From Scyliorhinus canicula (Eukaryota): a DNA stretch of 64,000 nt. The notes below the pieces were generated by a model. That model saw nothing but the letters and a program-made list of their open reading frames with translations, was not told where the DNA came from and ran no database searches. Numbering within the stretch: position 1 is the first letter of the stretch; each line of letters opens with the position of its first letter. The stretch spans positions 126,917,256-126,981,255 of the forward strand of contig NC_052149.1 of NCBI RefSeq assembly GCF_902713615.1, given 5' to 3'. This document shows, one piece after another, positions 34,975 to 49,800 of the stretch. The translations under genes were made by a program, and so were the position numbers.

Positions 34975-35890
34975 TGGGTTTCTCTGGTGGCCGACGGCGA
35001 AATCGCGTTCGGCCGGAGAACCAACATTTACGACGAAATTGGGGCGGCGGCGCTTTCGTGATACTCCGCCCCCTCCAACGCGGCCTGCTCGAGGGGTTCG
35101 CAGCATCGACAGCCTCAGGATGTTGCCTGAGGCCCTCCCCCCGATGCTCCGCCCCCTCCAATGCGGCCTGCTCGAGGGGTACGCAGCATCGACAGCCTCA
35201 GGATGTTGCCTGAGGCCCTCCCCCCCCCCGATGCTCCGCCCCCTCCAACGCGACCTGCTCGAGGGGTACGCAGCATCGACAGCCTCAGGATGTTGCCTGA
35301 GGCCCTCCCTCCCCCCCCCCCCCGATGCTCCGCCCCCTGCAATGCGGCCTGCTCGAGGGGTACGCAGCATCGACAGCCTCAGGATGTTGCCTGAGGCCCT
35401 CCCCCTCCCTCCCCCCGATGCATCGCCCTCGACCGGCCGAGTTCCCGATGGCGTTGGTCGCGTGTGCTGTGAATCGTGGGGAACTCGGTGTGGCGGCTGT
35501 GGACTCAGTCCATCACCGCCACAGTCGGGGGAGAGCCGATCCACGGGCAGGGGGGACTTTGGCAGGGGCTGGGGGCACTGTTAGGGGTTGGTCTGGGGGT
35601 AGCGAGTCGGCCAAAGGGGGGGCATTATTTTCCAGGTTGGGTCTGTGCGCGGCCGTCGCCTGGTTGTACGGAGCAGCCGCTGCAGGCCACCGCCGTGCGT
35701 ATGAGGGGCCACGGACGGCAATTCTCCGGGCCGTATCAGCAACTAAAGTCGGGTGCTCTACGCTGCCGGCATACTGGCACCCAGCCAGACGGAGGATCCG
35801 TGGCCGTTTTGCACCGAATATCCGGTCGTAAAACACCACCGTTCCCAAGCCGGCATCAGGACACAGCCGGAAAATCGGAAAATCCAACCC
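34975..35890. mobile_element. Harbinger-type non-autonomous element
   Basis: Similar to 24041-24700; ends GGAAAATCCAACCC. Confidence 0.65.
35058..35425 (+). repeat. ~90-bp tandem repeat, 4 copies, each with a GCCTCAGG-ATGTTG-CCTGAGGC hairpin
   Basis: GATGCTCCGCC-like starts at ~35060, 35143, 35230, 35324; length varies only in poly-C. Confidence 0.85.
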
Positions 35891-35999
35891 CTTATCCGAC
35901 ATCCAGCACTGGATCAGCTGAAATGTCCTCCAATTAAATATTGGGAATACTGAATCCATTGTTTTCAGCCCCCACTCCAAACTCAGTTCTCTAACTAGC

Positions 36000-36560
36000 T
36001 ACTCCATCCCTCTCCATGGTAACAGTCTGCCATTAAACTAGTCTCTTCACAACCTGGGGCTGACATTTAACCCCGAGCTGAGCTTCCGACCTCATATTGG
36101 TGACATCACTAACATGGCCTTCTTCCACCTCAGTAACATCGCTCAACTTCACCCGTCTCAGCTCATCTACTGCGGAAACCATCATCCATGTCTCCGTTAC
36201 CTCTGGACGTGACTATTCCAATACACTCCTGGCTGCTCTCCCACATCCTACCCTCCGGAAACATGAGCTCATCCAAAACTCTGCTGTCCCAGCCTGAACT
36301 CCCACCAAGTCCCGTTCCCCTATCACCCCCTGTGCTCACTGACCCACACTGACTCCTGGCCAAGCAATGTCTTGGTTTTAAAATTCTCATCCTTGTTTTC
36401 CAATCCCTCCATGTCCTCGCCCCTCCCTATCTCTGGAATCTCCTCCAGCCCCACAACCCTCCGAGATATCTGCGCTCCTCTAATTCTGGCCCCTTGTACA
36501 TTCCTGATCAGAATCGCTCCCCCATTGGTGGCTGTGCCTTCAGCTGCCATTGCCAAGGCC
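36000..36560 (+). mobile_element. Degraded L2/CR1-group LINE 3' fragment
   Basis: Homologous to 14100-14790. Confidence 0.55.
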
Positions 36561-36779
36561 TGTAGCCATCTGCCTGCGCACCCCACTGACCACCCACCAT
36601 GGCCCATGGCTGTGCAGAGCGTCACCGGCATACCCGCCCCCCCCCCCCCAACCCCCATCACCACCACCCGATCCCCAACCTCCCCCTCCCTTCTGACAGC
36701 CGGGCGCCACCCTGCTGGCGGGGCAACATGAGGCCCACCCAAGGAGAACGCCCACATGGGTTGTACCATCCACCGGTAC

Positions 36780-37740
36780 CCCTGCCGGCAGGAATGGGTG
36801 CCAGGGTCTGAGTATTCCATTACTCTCCTGACTTGTGCCCTGTAGATAGTGGGCAGGCAAGGAGTCAGGAGGTGGGTTACTCACCACATGACTTCCTAAC
36901 CTCTGACCTGTTCTTGTCGCCACAGTTTTTAGATGGCTCAACCAGTTCAGTTTCTGGTCAATGGCAACCCCAGGATGTTTAAAATGGGGATTTAGCAATG
37001 GCAATGCCAGTGAAAGACATGGAGCAATGTTTAACTTCCCTCTAGTTGGATGGGGTCACAGTGGTTAGCACTGTTGCTTCACAGCGCCAGGTTCCCAGGT
37101 TCGATTCCCCGCTGGGTCACTGTCTGTGAGGAGCCTACACGTTCTCCCCGTGTCTGCGTGGGTTTCCTCATGCAGTCCAAAGAGACGCAGGTTTGGTGGA
37201 TTGGCCATGCTGAATCGCCCTCATTGTCCAATACGGTCAGGAGGGGTTATTGGGTTACGGGGATAGGGTGGAAGTGAGGGCTTGAGTGGGTCGGTGCAGA
37301 ATTAATGGGCCGAATGGCCTTCGCCTGCACTGTGTGTTCTATGTTCTATGTCCTGGGTATGACTCCGACCAGCGGAGGGTTTCCCCCCTGATTCCCATTG
37401 ACACCAGTTTAGCTCAGGTTCCTTGATGCCATACTCGGTTAAATGCTGCCTCGATGTCAAAGGACAGTCACTCTGGCCTCACCTCTGGAGTTCAGCTCTT
37501 TTGTCCATGTTGAGCTGAGTGACTTTGGCAGGACCCAAACTGAGCATCAGTGAGCAGGTTATTGTGTAGCAAGTGGCACTTGATAGCATTGTTGATGATC
37601 CCTTTCATCATTTTGCTGATGATTGAGAGTGGGCTTATGGACGGTAATTGGCCGGATTGGATTTGTTCTGCTTTTTGTGTACAGGACATTTCTGGGGAAT
37701 TTTCCACATTGCTGGGTAGATGCCAGTGATGTATCTGCAC
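36780..37740 (-). mobile_element. CR1-like LINE RT fragments with a SINE (37051-37351, +, TGTTCTA tail)
   Basis: Matches 3620-4100; KMMKGIINNAIKCHLLHNNLLTDAQFG. Confidence 0.7.
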
Positions 37741-37836
37741 TGGAACAGCTCGTCCTGGAGCGGCGGGAGGAACCACCCGACTCAATAACCACCACCCGAC
37801 TCACTAACCAACCCACCCATCTGGCACCGTGTCCAA

Positions 37837-40800
37837 CTACCATCCTACCCAGCTATCACCCTACACAGCTATCACCCTAACCAGCTATCACCCTAACCAG
37901 CTATCACCCTACCCAGCTATCACCCTACCCAGCTATCACCCAACCCGGCTATCACCCTACCCAGCTATCACCCTCCCCAGCTATCACCCAACACGGCTAT
38001 CACCCTACCCAGCTATCACCCTACCCAGCTATCACCCTACCCAGCTATCACCCTACCCAGCTACCCACCCTACCCAGCTATCAACCTACCCAGCTACCCA
38101 CCCTACCCAGCTATCACACTACCCACCCTACCCAGCTAACACCCTACCCAGCTATCACCATACCCAGCTATCACCCTACCCAGCTATCACCCTACCCAGC
38201 TATCACCCTACCCAGCTACCATCCTACCCAACTATCACCCTACCCAGCTATCGCCCTACCCAGCTATCACCCTACCCAGCTATCACCCTATCCAGCTATC
38301 ACCCTACCCAGCTATCACCCTACCCAGCTACCATCCTACCCAGCTATCACCCTACCCAACTATCACCCTACCCAGCTATCACCCTACCCAGCTATCACAC
38401 TACCCAGCTATCACCCTATCCAGCTATCACGCTACCCAGCTATCACCCTACCCAGCTATCACCCTACCCAGCTATCATATTGCCCAGCTATCACCCTACC
38501 CAGCTATCATATTGCCCAGCTATCACCCTACCCAGCTACCCACCCTACCCAGCTATCACCCTACCCAGCTATCACCCTACCCAGCTATCACCCTACCCAG
38601 CTACCCACCCTACCCAGCTATCACCCTACCCAGCTATCACCATACCCAGCTATCACCCTACCCAGCTATCACCCTACCCAGCTATCACCCTACCCAGCTA
38701 CCATCCTACCCAGCTATCACCCTACCCAACTATCACCCTACCCAGCTATCACCCTACCCAGCTATCACACTACCCAGCTATCACCCTATCCAGCTATCAC
38801 GCTACCCAGCTATCACCCTACCCAGCTATCACCCTACCCAGCTATCATATTGCCCAGCTATCACCCTACCCAGCTACCCACCCTACCCAGCTATCACCCT
38901 ACCCAGCTATCACCCTACCCAGCTATCACCCTACCCAGCTACCCACCCTACCCAGCTAACACCCTACCCAGCTATCACCATACCCAGCTATCACCCTACC
39001 CAGCTATCACCCTACCCAGCTACCATCCTACCCAGCTATCACCCTACCCAACTATCACCCTACCCAGCTATCACCCTACCCAGCTATCACACTACCCAGC
39101 TATCACCCTATCCAGCTATCACGCTACCCAGCTATCACCCTACCCAGCTATCACCCTACCCAGCTATCATATTGCCCAGCTATCACCCTACCCAGCTACC
39201 CACCCTACCCAGCTATCACCCTACCCAGCTATCACCCTACCCAGCTATCACCCTACCCAGCTACCCACCCTACCCAGCTATCACCCTAACCAGCTATCAC
39301 CCTACCCAGCTATCACCCTACCCAGCTATCACCCTACCCAGCTATCACCCTACCCAGCTACCCACCCTACCCAGCTATCACCCTACCCAGCTATCACCCT
39401 ACCCAGCTATCACCCTACCCAGCTATCACTCTACCCAGCTATCGCCCTACCCAGCTATCATTTACCCAGCTAGCACCCTACCCAGCTATCACCCTACCCA
39501 GCTATCACCCTACCCAGCTATCACCCTACCCAGCTATCACCCTACCCAGCTACCCACCCTACCCAGCTATCACCCTACCCAGCTATCACCCTACCCAGCT
39601 ATCACCCTACCCAGCTATCACCCTACACCTACCCAGCTATCACCTACCCAGCTATCACCCTACCCAGCTACCCACCCTACCCAGCAATCACCCTACCCAG
39701 CTATCACCCCACCCAGCTGTCACCCTACCCATCTACCCACCATACCCAGCTATCACCCTACCCAGCTATCACCCTACCCAGCTACCCACCCTACCCAGCT
39801 ATCACCCTACCCAGCTATCACCCTATCCAGCTATCACCCTACCCAGCTGTCACCCTACCCAGCTATCACCCTACCCAGCTATCACCCTACCCAGCTACCC
39901 ACCCTACCCAGCTATCACCCTAACCAGCTATCACCCTACCCAGCTATCACCCTACCCAGCTATCACTCTACCCAGCTATCGCCCTACCCAGCTATCACCT
40001 ACCCAGCTATCACCCTACCCAGCTACCCACCCTACCCAGCTATCACCCTACCCAGCTATCACCCTACCCAGCTATCACCCTACCCAGCTATCACCCTACC
40101 CAGCTATCACCCTACCCAGCTATCACACTACCCAGCAATCACCCTACCCATCTACCCACCCTACCCAGCTATCACCCTACCCATCTACCCACCGTACCCA
40201 GCTATCACCCTACCCAGCTATCACCCTACCCAGCTATCACCCTACCCAGCTATCACCCTACCCATCTACCCATCCTACCCAGCTATCACTCTACCCAGCA
40301 AACACCCTACCCAGCTATCACCCTGCCCAGCTATCACCCTACCCAGCTATCACTTAAACCCATCTACCCACCCTACCCAGCTACCCACCCTACCCAGCTA
40401 TCACCCTACCCAGCTATCACCCTACCCAGATACCCACCCTACCCAGCTATCACCCTACCCAGCTATCACCCTACCCAGCTATCACCCTACCCAGCTATCA
40501 CCATACCCAGCTATCACACTACCCAGCTGACACCCTCCCCAGATATCACACTACCCAGCTATCACCCGACCCAGCTATCACCCTACCCAGCTATCAACCT
40601 ACCCAGCTATCTCCCTACCCAGCTATCACCCGACCCAGATATCACCCAACCCAGCTATCACCCTACCCAGCTAACTCCCTACCCAGCTATCACCCTACCC
40701 AACTATCACCCTACCCAGCTATCACCCTACCCATCTATCACCCTACCCAGCTACAAACCTTGCCCAGCTATCACCCTGCCCAGCTATCACCCTACCCAGC

Positions 40801-43800
40801 TATCCCCTACCCAGCTATCACCCTACCCAGCTATCACCCTACCCAGCTATCACCCTACCCAGCTATCACCCTACCCAGCTACCCACCCTACCCAGCAATC
40901 ACCTTACCCAGCTATCACCCTACCCAGCTATCACCCTACCCAGCTATCACCCTACCCAGCTATCACCCTACCCATCGGCCCACCCTACCCAGCTATCACC
41001 CTACCCATCTACCCACCCTACCCAGCAATCACCCTACCCAGCTATCACCCTACCCAGCTATCACACTACCCATCTACCCTCCCTACCCAGCTAGCACCCT
41101 ACCCATCTACCAACCCTACCCAGCTATCACCTTACCCAGCTATCACCCTACCCAGCTATCACCCTACCCAGCTATCACCCTACCCAGCTATCACCCTACC
41201 CAGCTATCACCCTGCCCAGCTATCACCCTACCCAGCTATCACCCTACCCAGCTATCACCCTACCCACCCTACCCAGCTACCACCCTACCCAGCTATCACC
41301 CTACCCAGCTATCACCCTACCCAGCTATCACCCTACCCAGCTATAACCCTAGCCAGCTGCCCACCCAACCCAGCTACCCACCCTACCCAGCTATCACCCT
41401 ACCCAACTATCACCCTACCCAGCTATCACCCTACCCAGCTATCACCCTACCCAGCTATCACCCTACCCAGCTATCACCCTACCCAGCTATCACCCAACCC
41501 AGCTATCACCCTACCCAGCTATCACCCTACCCATTTACCCACTCTACCCAGCTACCGCCCGAACCACCAGGCACCCTCCCACCTGCCACAGTACACAGCC
41601 ATCACCCAACCCAGCTATCACCCTACCCATCCACCCACCCTACCCAGCTATCACCCTATCCAGCTATCACCCTACCCAGCTATGAACCCACCCAGCTATC
41701 ACCCTACCCAGCTATCACACTACCCAGCTATCACCATACCCAGCTATCACCCTACCCAGCTATCAACCCACCCAGCTATCACCCTACCCAGCTATCACCC
41801 GACCCAGCTATCACCTTACCCAGCTATCACCCAACCAACCTACACACCCTACCCAGCTATCACCCTACCCAGCCATCACCCAACCCAGCTATCACCCTAC
41901 CCATCCACCCACCCTACCCAGTTATCACCCTACCCAGCTATCACCCTACCCAGCTATCACCCCACCCAGCTATCACCCTACCCAGCTACCCACCCTACCC
42001 AGCTATCACCCTACACAGCTATCACCCTACCCAGCTAACACCCTTCCCAGCTATCACCCTACCCAGCTATCACACTACCCAGCAATCACCATACCCAGCT
42101 ACAACCCTACCCAGCTATCACCCTACCCAGCTATCACCCTACCCAGCTATCACCCTACCCAGCTACCCACCCTACCCATCTACCCACCCTACCCAGCTAT
42201 CACCATATCCAGCTATCACCCTACCCATCTACCCACCCTACCCAGCAATCACCCTCCCCATCTACCCACCCTACCCAGCTACGCACCCTACCCAGCTACC
42301 CACCCTACCCAGCTATCACCCTACCCAGCTATCTCCCTACCCTGATATCACCCTACCCAGCTACCCACCCTACCCAGCTATCACCCTCCCCAGCTCTCAC
42401 CATACCCAGCTATCACCCTACCCAACCATCACCCAACCCAGCTATCACCCTACCCATCCACCCACCCTACCCAGCTATCACCCTACCCAGCTATCACCCT
42501 ACCCAGCTATCACCCTACACAGCTATACCCCTACCCAGCTATCACCCTACCCATCTACCCTCCCTACCCAGCTACACACCCTACCCAGCTATCACCCTAC
42601 CCAGCTTTCACCCTACCCATCGACCCTCCCTACCCAGCTACACACCCTACCCAGGTACACACCCTACCCAGCTATCACCCTACCCAGCTATCACCCTACC
42701 CATTTACCCACTCTACCCAGCTACCGCCCCGAACAACCAGGCACCCTCCCACCTGCCACACTACCGAGCCATCACCCAACCCAGCTATCACCCTACCCAT
42801 CCACCCACCCTACCCAGCTATCACCCTACCCAGCTATCACCCTACCCAGCTATCACCCCACCCAGCTACCACCCTACCCAGCTACCCACCCTACCCAGCT
42901 ATCACCCTACCCAGCTATCACCCTACCCAGCTATCACCCTACCCAGCTATCACACTACCCAGCTATCACCCTACCCAGCTACCCACCCTACCCAGCTATC
43001 ACCCTACCCAGCTATCACCCTACCCAGCTATCACCCTATCCAGCTATCACGCTACCCAGCTATCACCCTCCCCAGCTATCACCCTACCCAGCTATCATAT
43101 TGCCCAGCTATCACCCTACCCAGCTACCCACCCTACCCAGCTATCACCCTACCCAGCTATCACCCTACCCAGCTATCACCCTACCCAGCTACCCACCCTA
43201 CCCAGCTATCACCCTAACCAGCTATCACCCTACCCAGCTATCACCCTACCCAGCTATCACCCTACCCAGCTATCACCCTACCCAGCTATCACCCTACCCA
43301 GCTATCACCCTACCCAGCTATCACCCTACCCAGCTACCCACCCTACCCAGCTATCACCCTACCCAGCTATCACCCTACCCAGCTATCACCCTACCCAGCT
43401 ATCACTCTACCCAGCTATCGCCCTACCCAGCTATCATCTACCCAGCTAGCACCCTACCCAGCTATCACCCTACCCAGCTATCACCCTACCCAGCTATCAC
43501 CCTACCCAGCTATCACCCTACCCAGCTACCCACCCTACCCAGCTATCACCCTACCCAGCTATCACCCTACCCAGCTATCACCCTACCCAGCTATCACCCT
43601 ACCCATCTATCACCTACCCAGCTATCACCCTACCCAGCTACCCACCCTACCCAGCAATCACCCTACCCAGCTATCACCCCACCCAGCTGTCACCCTAACC
43701 ATCTACCCACCATACCCAGCTATCACCCTACCCAGCTATCACCCTACCCAGCTACCCACCCTACCCAGCTATCACCCTACCCAGCTATCACCCTATCCAG

Positions 43801-46800
43801 CTATCACCCTACCCAGCTGTCACCCTACCCAGCTATCACCCTACCCAGCTATCACCCTACCCAGCTACCCACCCTACCCAGCTATCACCCTAACCAGCTA
43901 TCACCCTACCCAGCTATCACCCTAACCAGCTATCACTCTACCCAGCTATCGCCCTACCCAGCTATCACCTACCCAGCTATCACCCTACCCAGCTACCCAC
44001 CCTACCCAGCTATCACCCTAACCAGCTATCACCCTACCCAGCTATCACCCTACCCAGCTATCACCCTACCCAGCTATCACCCTACCCAGCTATCACACTA
44101 CCCAGCAATCACCCTACCCATCTACCCACCCTACCCAGCTATCACCCTACCCATCTTCCCACCGTACCCAGCTATCACCCTACCCAGCTATCACCCTACC
44201 CAGCTATCACCCTACCCAGCTATCACTCTACCCATCTACCCATCCTACCCAGCTATCACTCTACCCAGCAAACACCCTACCCAGCTATCACCCTGCCCAG
44301 CTATCACCCTACCCAGCTATCACCCTACCCATCTACCCACCCTACCCAGCTACCCACCCTACCCAGCTATCACCCTACCCAGCTATCACCCTACCCAGAT
44401 ACCCACCCTACCCAGCTATCACCCTACCCAGCTATCACCCTACCCAGCTATCACCCTACCCAGCTATCACCATACCCAGCTATCACACTACCCAGCTGAC
44501 ACCCTCCCCAGCTATCACACTACCCAGCTATCACCCGACCCAGCTATCACCCTACCCAGCTATCAACCTACCCAGCTATCTCCCTACCCAGCTATCACCC
44601 GACCCAGATATCACCCAACCCAGCTATCACCCTACCCAGCTATCTCCCTCCCCAGCTATCACCCTACCCAACTATCACCCTACCCAGCTATCACCCTACC
44701 CATCTATCACCCTACCCAGCTACAAAGCTTGCCCAGCTATCACCCTGCCCAGCTATCACATTACCCAGCTATCCCCTACCCAGCTATCACCCTACCCAGC
44801 TATCACCCTACCCAGCTATCACCCTACCCAGCTATCACCCTACCCAGCTACCCACCCTACCCAGCAATCACCCTACCCAGCTATCACCCTACACAGCTAT
44901 CACCCTACCCAGCTAACACCCTTCCCAGCTATCACCCTACCCAGCTATCACACTACCCAGCTATCACCATACCCAGCTACAACCCTACCCAGCTATCACC
45001 CTACCCAGCTATCACCCTATCCAGCTATCACCCTACCCAGCTACCCACCCTACCCATCTACCCACCCTACCCAGCTATCACCATATCCAGCTATCACCCT
45101 ACCCATCTACCCACCCTACACAGCAATCACCCTCCCCATCTACCCACCCTACCCAGCTACGCACCCTACCCAGCTACCCACCCTACCCAGCTATCACCCT
45201 ACCCAGCTATCTCCCTACCCTGATATCACCCTACCCAGCTACCCACCCTACCCAGCTATCACCCTCCCCAGCTCTCACCATACCCAGCTATCACCCTACC
45301 CAACCATCACCCAACCCAGCTATCACCCTACCCATCCACCCACCCTACCCAGCTATCAGCCTACCCAGCTATCACCCTACCCAGCTATCACCCTACACAG
45401 CTATACCCCTACCCAGCTATCACCCTACCCATCTACCCTCCCTACCCAGCTACACACCCTACCCAGCTATCACCCTACCCAGCTTTCACCCTACCCATCG
45501 ACCCTCCCTACCCAGCTACACACCCTACCCAGGTACACACCCTACCCAGCTATCACCCTACCCAGCTATCACCCTACCCATTTACCCACTCTACCCAGCT
45601 ACCGCCCGAACAACCAGGCACCCTCCCACCTGCCACACTACCGAGCCATCACCCAACCCAGCTATCACCCTACCCATCCACCCACCCTACCCAGCTATCA
45701 CCCTACCCAGCTATCACCCTACCCAGCTATCACCCCACCCAGCTACCACCCTACCCAGCTACCCACCCTACCCAGCTATCACCCTACCCAGCTATCACCC
45801 TACCCAGCTATCACCCTACCCAGCTATCACACTACCCAGCTATCACCCTACCCAGCTACCCACCCTACCCAGCTATCACCCTACCCAGCTATCACCCTAC
45901 CCAGCTATCACCCTATCCAGCTATCACGCTACCCAGCTATCACCCTACCCAGCTATCACCCTACCCAGCTATCATATTGCCCAGCTATCACCCTACCCAG
46001 CTACCCACCCTACCCAGCTATCACCCTACCCAGCTATCACCCTACCCAGCTATCACCCTACCCAGCTACCCACCCTACCCAGCTATCACCCTACCCAGCT
46101 ATCACCCTACCCAGCTATCACCCTACCCAGCTATCACCCTACCCAGCTATCACCCTACCCAGCTATCACCCTACCCAGCTATCACCCTACCCAGCTATCA
46201 CCCTACCCAGCTATCACCCTACCCAGCTACCCACCCTACCCAGCTATCACCCTACCCAGCTATCACCCTACCCAGCTATCACCCTACCCAGCTATCACTC
46301 TACCCAGCTATCGCCCTACCCAGCTATCATCTACCCAGCTAGCACCCTACCCAGCTATCACCCTACCCAGCTATCACCCTACCCAGCTATCACCCTACCC
46401 AGCTATCACCCTACCCAGCTACCCACCCTACCCAGCTATCACCCTACCCAGCTATCACCCTACCCAGCTATCACCCTACCCAGCTATCACCCTACCCAGC
46501 TATCACCTACCCAGCTATCACCCTACCCAGCTACCCACCCTACCCAGCAATCACCCTACCCAGCTATCACCCCACCCAGCTGTCACCCTACCCATCTACC
46601 CACCATACCCAGCTATCACCCTACCCAGCTATCACCCTACCCAGCTACCCACCCTACCCAGCTATCACCCTACCCAGCTATCACCCTATCCAGCTATCAC
46701 CCTACCCAGCTGTCACCCTACCCAGCTATCACCCTACCCAGCTATCACCCTACCCAGCTACCCACCCTACCCAGCTATCACCCTACCCAGCTATCACCCT

Positions 46801-49800
46801 ACCCAGCTATCACCCTACCCAGCTATCACTCTACCCAGCTATCGCCCTACCCAGCTATCACCTACCCAGCTATCACCCTACCCAGCTACCCACCCTACCC
46901 AGCTATCACCCTAACCAGCTATCACCCTACCCAGCTATCACCCTACCCAGCTATCACCCTACCCAGCTATCACCCTACCCAGCTATCACACTACCCAGCA
47001 ATCACCCTACCCATCTACCCACCCTACCCAGCTATCACCCTACCCATCTACCCACCGTACCCAGCTATCACCCTACCCAGCTATCACCCTACCCAGCTAT
47101 CACCCTACCCAGCTATCACTCTACCCATCTACCCATCCTACCCAGCTATCACTCTACCCAGCAAACACCCTACCCAGCTATCACCCTGCCCAGCTATCAC
47201 CCTACCCAGCTATCACCCTACCCATCTACCCACCCTACCCAGCTACCCACCCTACCCAGCTATCACCCTACCCAGCTATCACCCTACCCAGCTATCACCA
47301 TACCCAGCTATCACACTACCCAGCTGACACCCTCCCCAGCTATCACACTACCCAGCTATCACCCGACCCAGCTATCACCCTACCCAGCTATCAACCTACC
47401 CAGCTATCTCCCTACCCAGCTATCACCCGACCCAGATATCACCCAACCCAGCTATCACCCTACCCAGCTATCTCCCTACCCAGCTATCACCCTACCCAAC
47501 TATCACCCTACCCAGCTATCACCCTACCCATCTATCACCCTACCCAGCTACAAACCTTGCCCAGCTATCACCCTGCCCAGCTATCACCCTACCCAGCTAT
47601 CCCCTACCCAGCTATCACCCTACCCAGCTATCACCCTACCCAGCTATCACCCTACCCAGCTATCACCCTACCCAGCTACCCACCCTACCCAGCAATCACC
47701 TTACCCAGCTATCACCCTACCCAGCTATCACCCTACCCAGCTATCACCCTACCCAGCTATCACCCTACCCATCGGCCCACCCTACCCAGCTATCACCCTA
47801 CCCATCTACCCACCCTACCCAGCAATCACCCTACCCAGCTATCACCCTACCCAGCTATCACACTACCCATCTACCCTCCCTACCCAGCTAGCACCCTACC
47901 CATCTACCAACCCTACCCAGCTATCACCTTACCCAGCTATCACCCTACCCAGCTATCACCCTACCCAGCTATCACCCTACCCAGCAATCACCCTACCCAG
48001 CTATCACCCTGCCCAGCTATCACCCTACCCAGCTATCACCCTACCCAGCTATCACCCTACCCACCCTACCCAGCTACCACCCTACCCAGCTATCACCCTA
48101 CCCAGCTATCACCCTACCCAGCTATCACCCTACCCAGCTATAACCCTAGCCAGCTGCCCACCCAACCCAGCTACCCACCCTACCCAGCTATCACCCTACC
48201 CAACTATCACCCTACCCAGCTATCACCCAACCCAGCTATCACCCTACCCAGCTATCACCCTACCCATTTACCCACTCTACCCAGCTACCGCCCGAACCAC
48301 CAGGCACCCTCCCACCTGCCACAGTACACAGCCATCACCCAACCCAGCTATCACCCTACCCATCCACCCACCCTACCCAGCTATCACCCTATCCAGCTAT
48401 CACCCTACCCAGCTATGAACCCACCCAGCTATCACCCTACCCAGCTATCACACTACCCAGCTATCACCATACCCAGCTATCACCCTACCCAGCTATCAAC
48501 CCACCCAGCTATCACCCTACCCAGCTATCACCCGACCCAGCTATCACCTTACCCAGCTATCACCCAACCAACCTACCCACCCTACCCAGCTATAACCCTA
48601 CCCAGCCATCACCCAACCCAGCTATCACCCTACCCATCCACCCACCCTACCCAGTTATCACCCTACCCAGCTATCACCCTACCCAGCTATCACCCCACCC
48701 AGCTATCACCCTACCCAGCTACCCACCCTACCCAGCTATCACCCTACACAGCTATCACCCTACCCAGCTAACACCCTTCCCAGCTATCACCCTACCCAGC
48801 TATCACACTACCCAGCTATCACCATACCCAGCTACAACCCTACCCAGCTATCACCTTACCCAGCTATCACCCTACCCAGCTATCACCCTACCCAGCTACC
48901 CACCCTACCCATCTACCCACCCTACCCAGCTATCACCATATCCAGCTATCACCCTACCCATCTACCCACCCTACCCAGCAATCACCCTCCCCATCTACCC
49001 ACCCTACCCAGCTACGCACCCTACCCAGCTACCCACCCTACCCAGCTATCACCCTACCCAGCTATCTCCCTACCCTGATATCACCCTACCCAGCTACCCA
49101 CCCTACCCAGCTATCACCCTCCCCAGCTCTCACCATACCCAGCTATCACCCTACCCAACCATCACCCAACCCAGCTATCACCCTACCCATCCACCCACCC
49201 TACCCAGCTATCACCCTACCCAGCTATCACCCTACCCAGCTATCACCCTACACAGCTATACCCCTACCCAGCTATCACCCTACCCATCTACCCTCCCTAC
49301 CCAGCTACACACCCTACCCAGCTATCACCCTACCCAGCTTTCACCCTACCCATCGACCCTCCCTACCCATCTACACACCCTACCCAGGTACACACCCTAC
49401 CCAGCTATCACCCTACCCAGCTATCACCCTACCCATTTACCCACTCTACCCAGCTACCGCCCAAACAACCAGGCACCCTCCCACCTGCCACACTACCGAG
49501 CCATCACCCAACCCAGCTATCACCCTACCCATCCACCCACCCTACCCAGCTATCACCCTACCCAGCTATCACCCTACCCAGCTATCACCCCACCCAGCTA
49601 CCACCCTACCCAGCTACCCACCCTACCCAGCTATCACCCTACCCAGCTATCACCCTACCCAGCTATCACCCTACCCAGCTATCACACTACCCAGCTATCA
49701 CCCTACCCAGCTACCCACCCTACCCAGCTATCACCCTACCCAGCTATCACCCTACCCAGCTATCACCCTAACCAGCTATCACCCTACCCAGCTATCACCC

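Noticed and set aside
37829-48771. Very long Pro/Tyr/Ser/Thr-rich ORFs (up to 1487 aa) resembling extensins or mucins
   Set aside because: The 16-bp monomer has no stop codon in any + frame; overlapping ORFs in all three frames give the same peptide; no signal peptide or splice context
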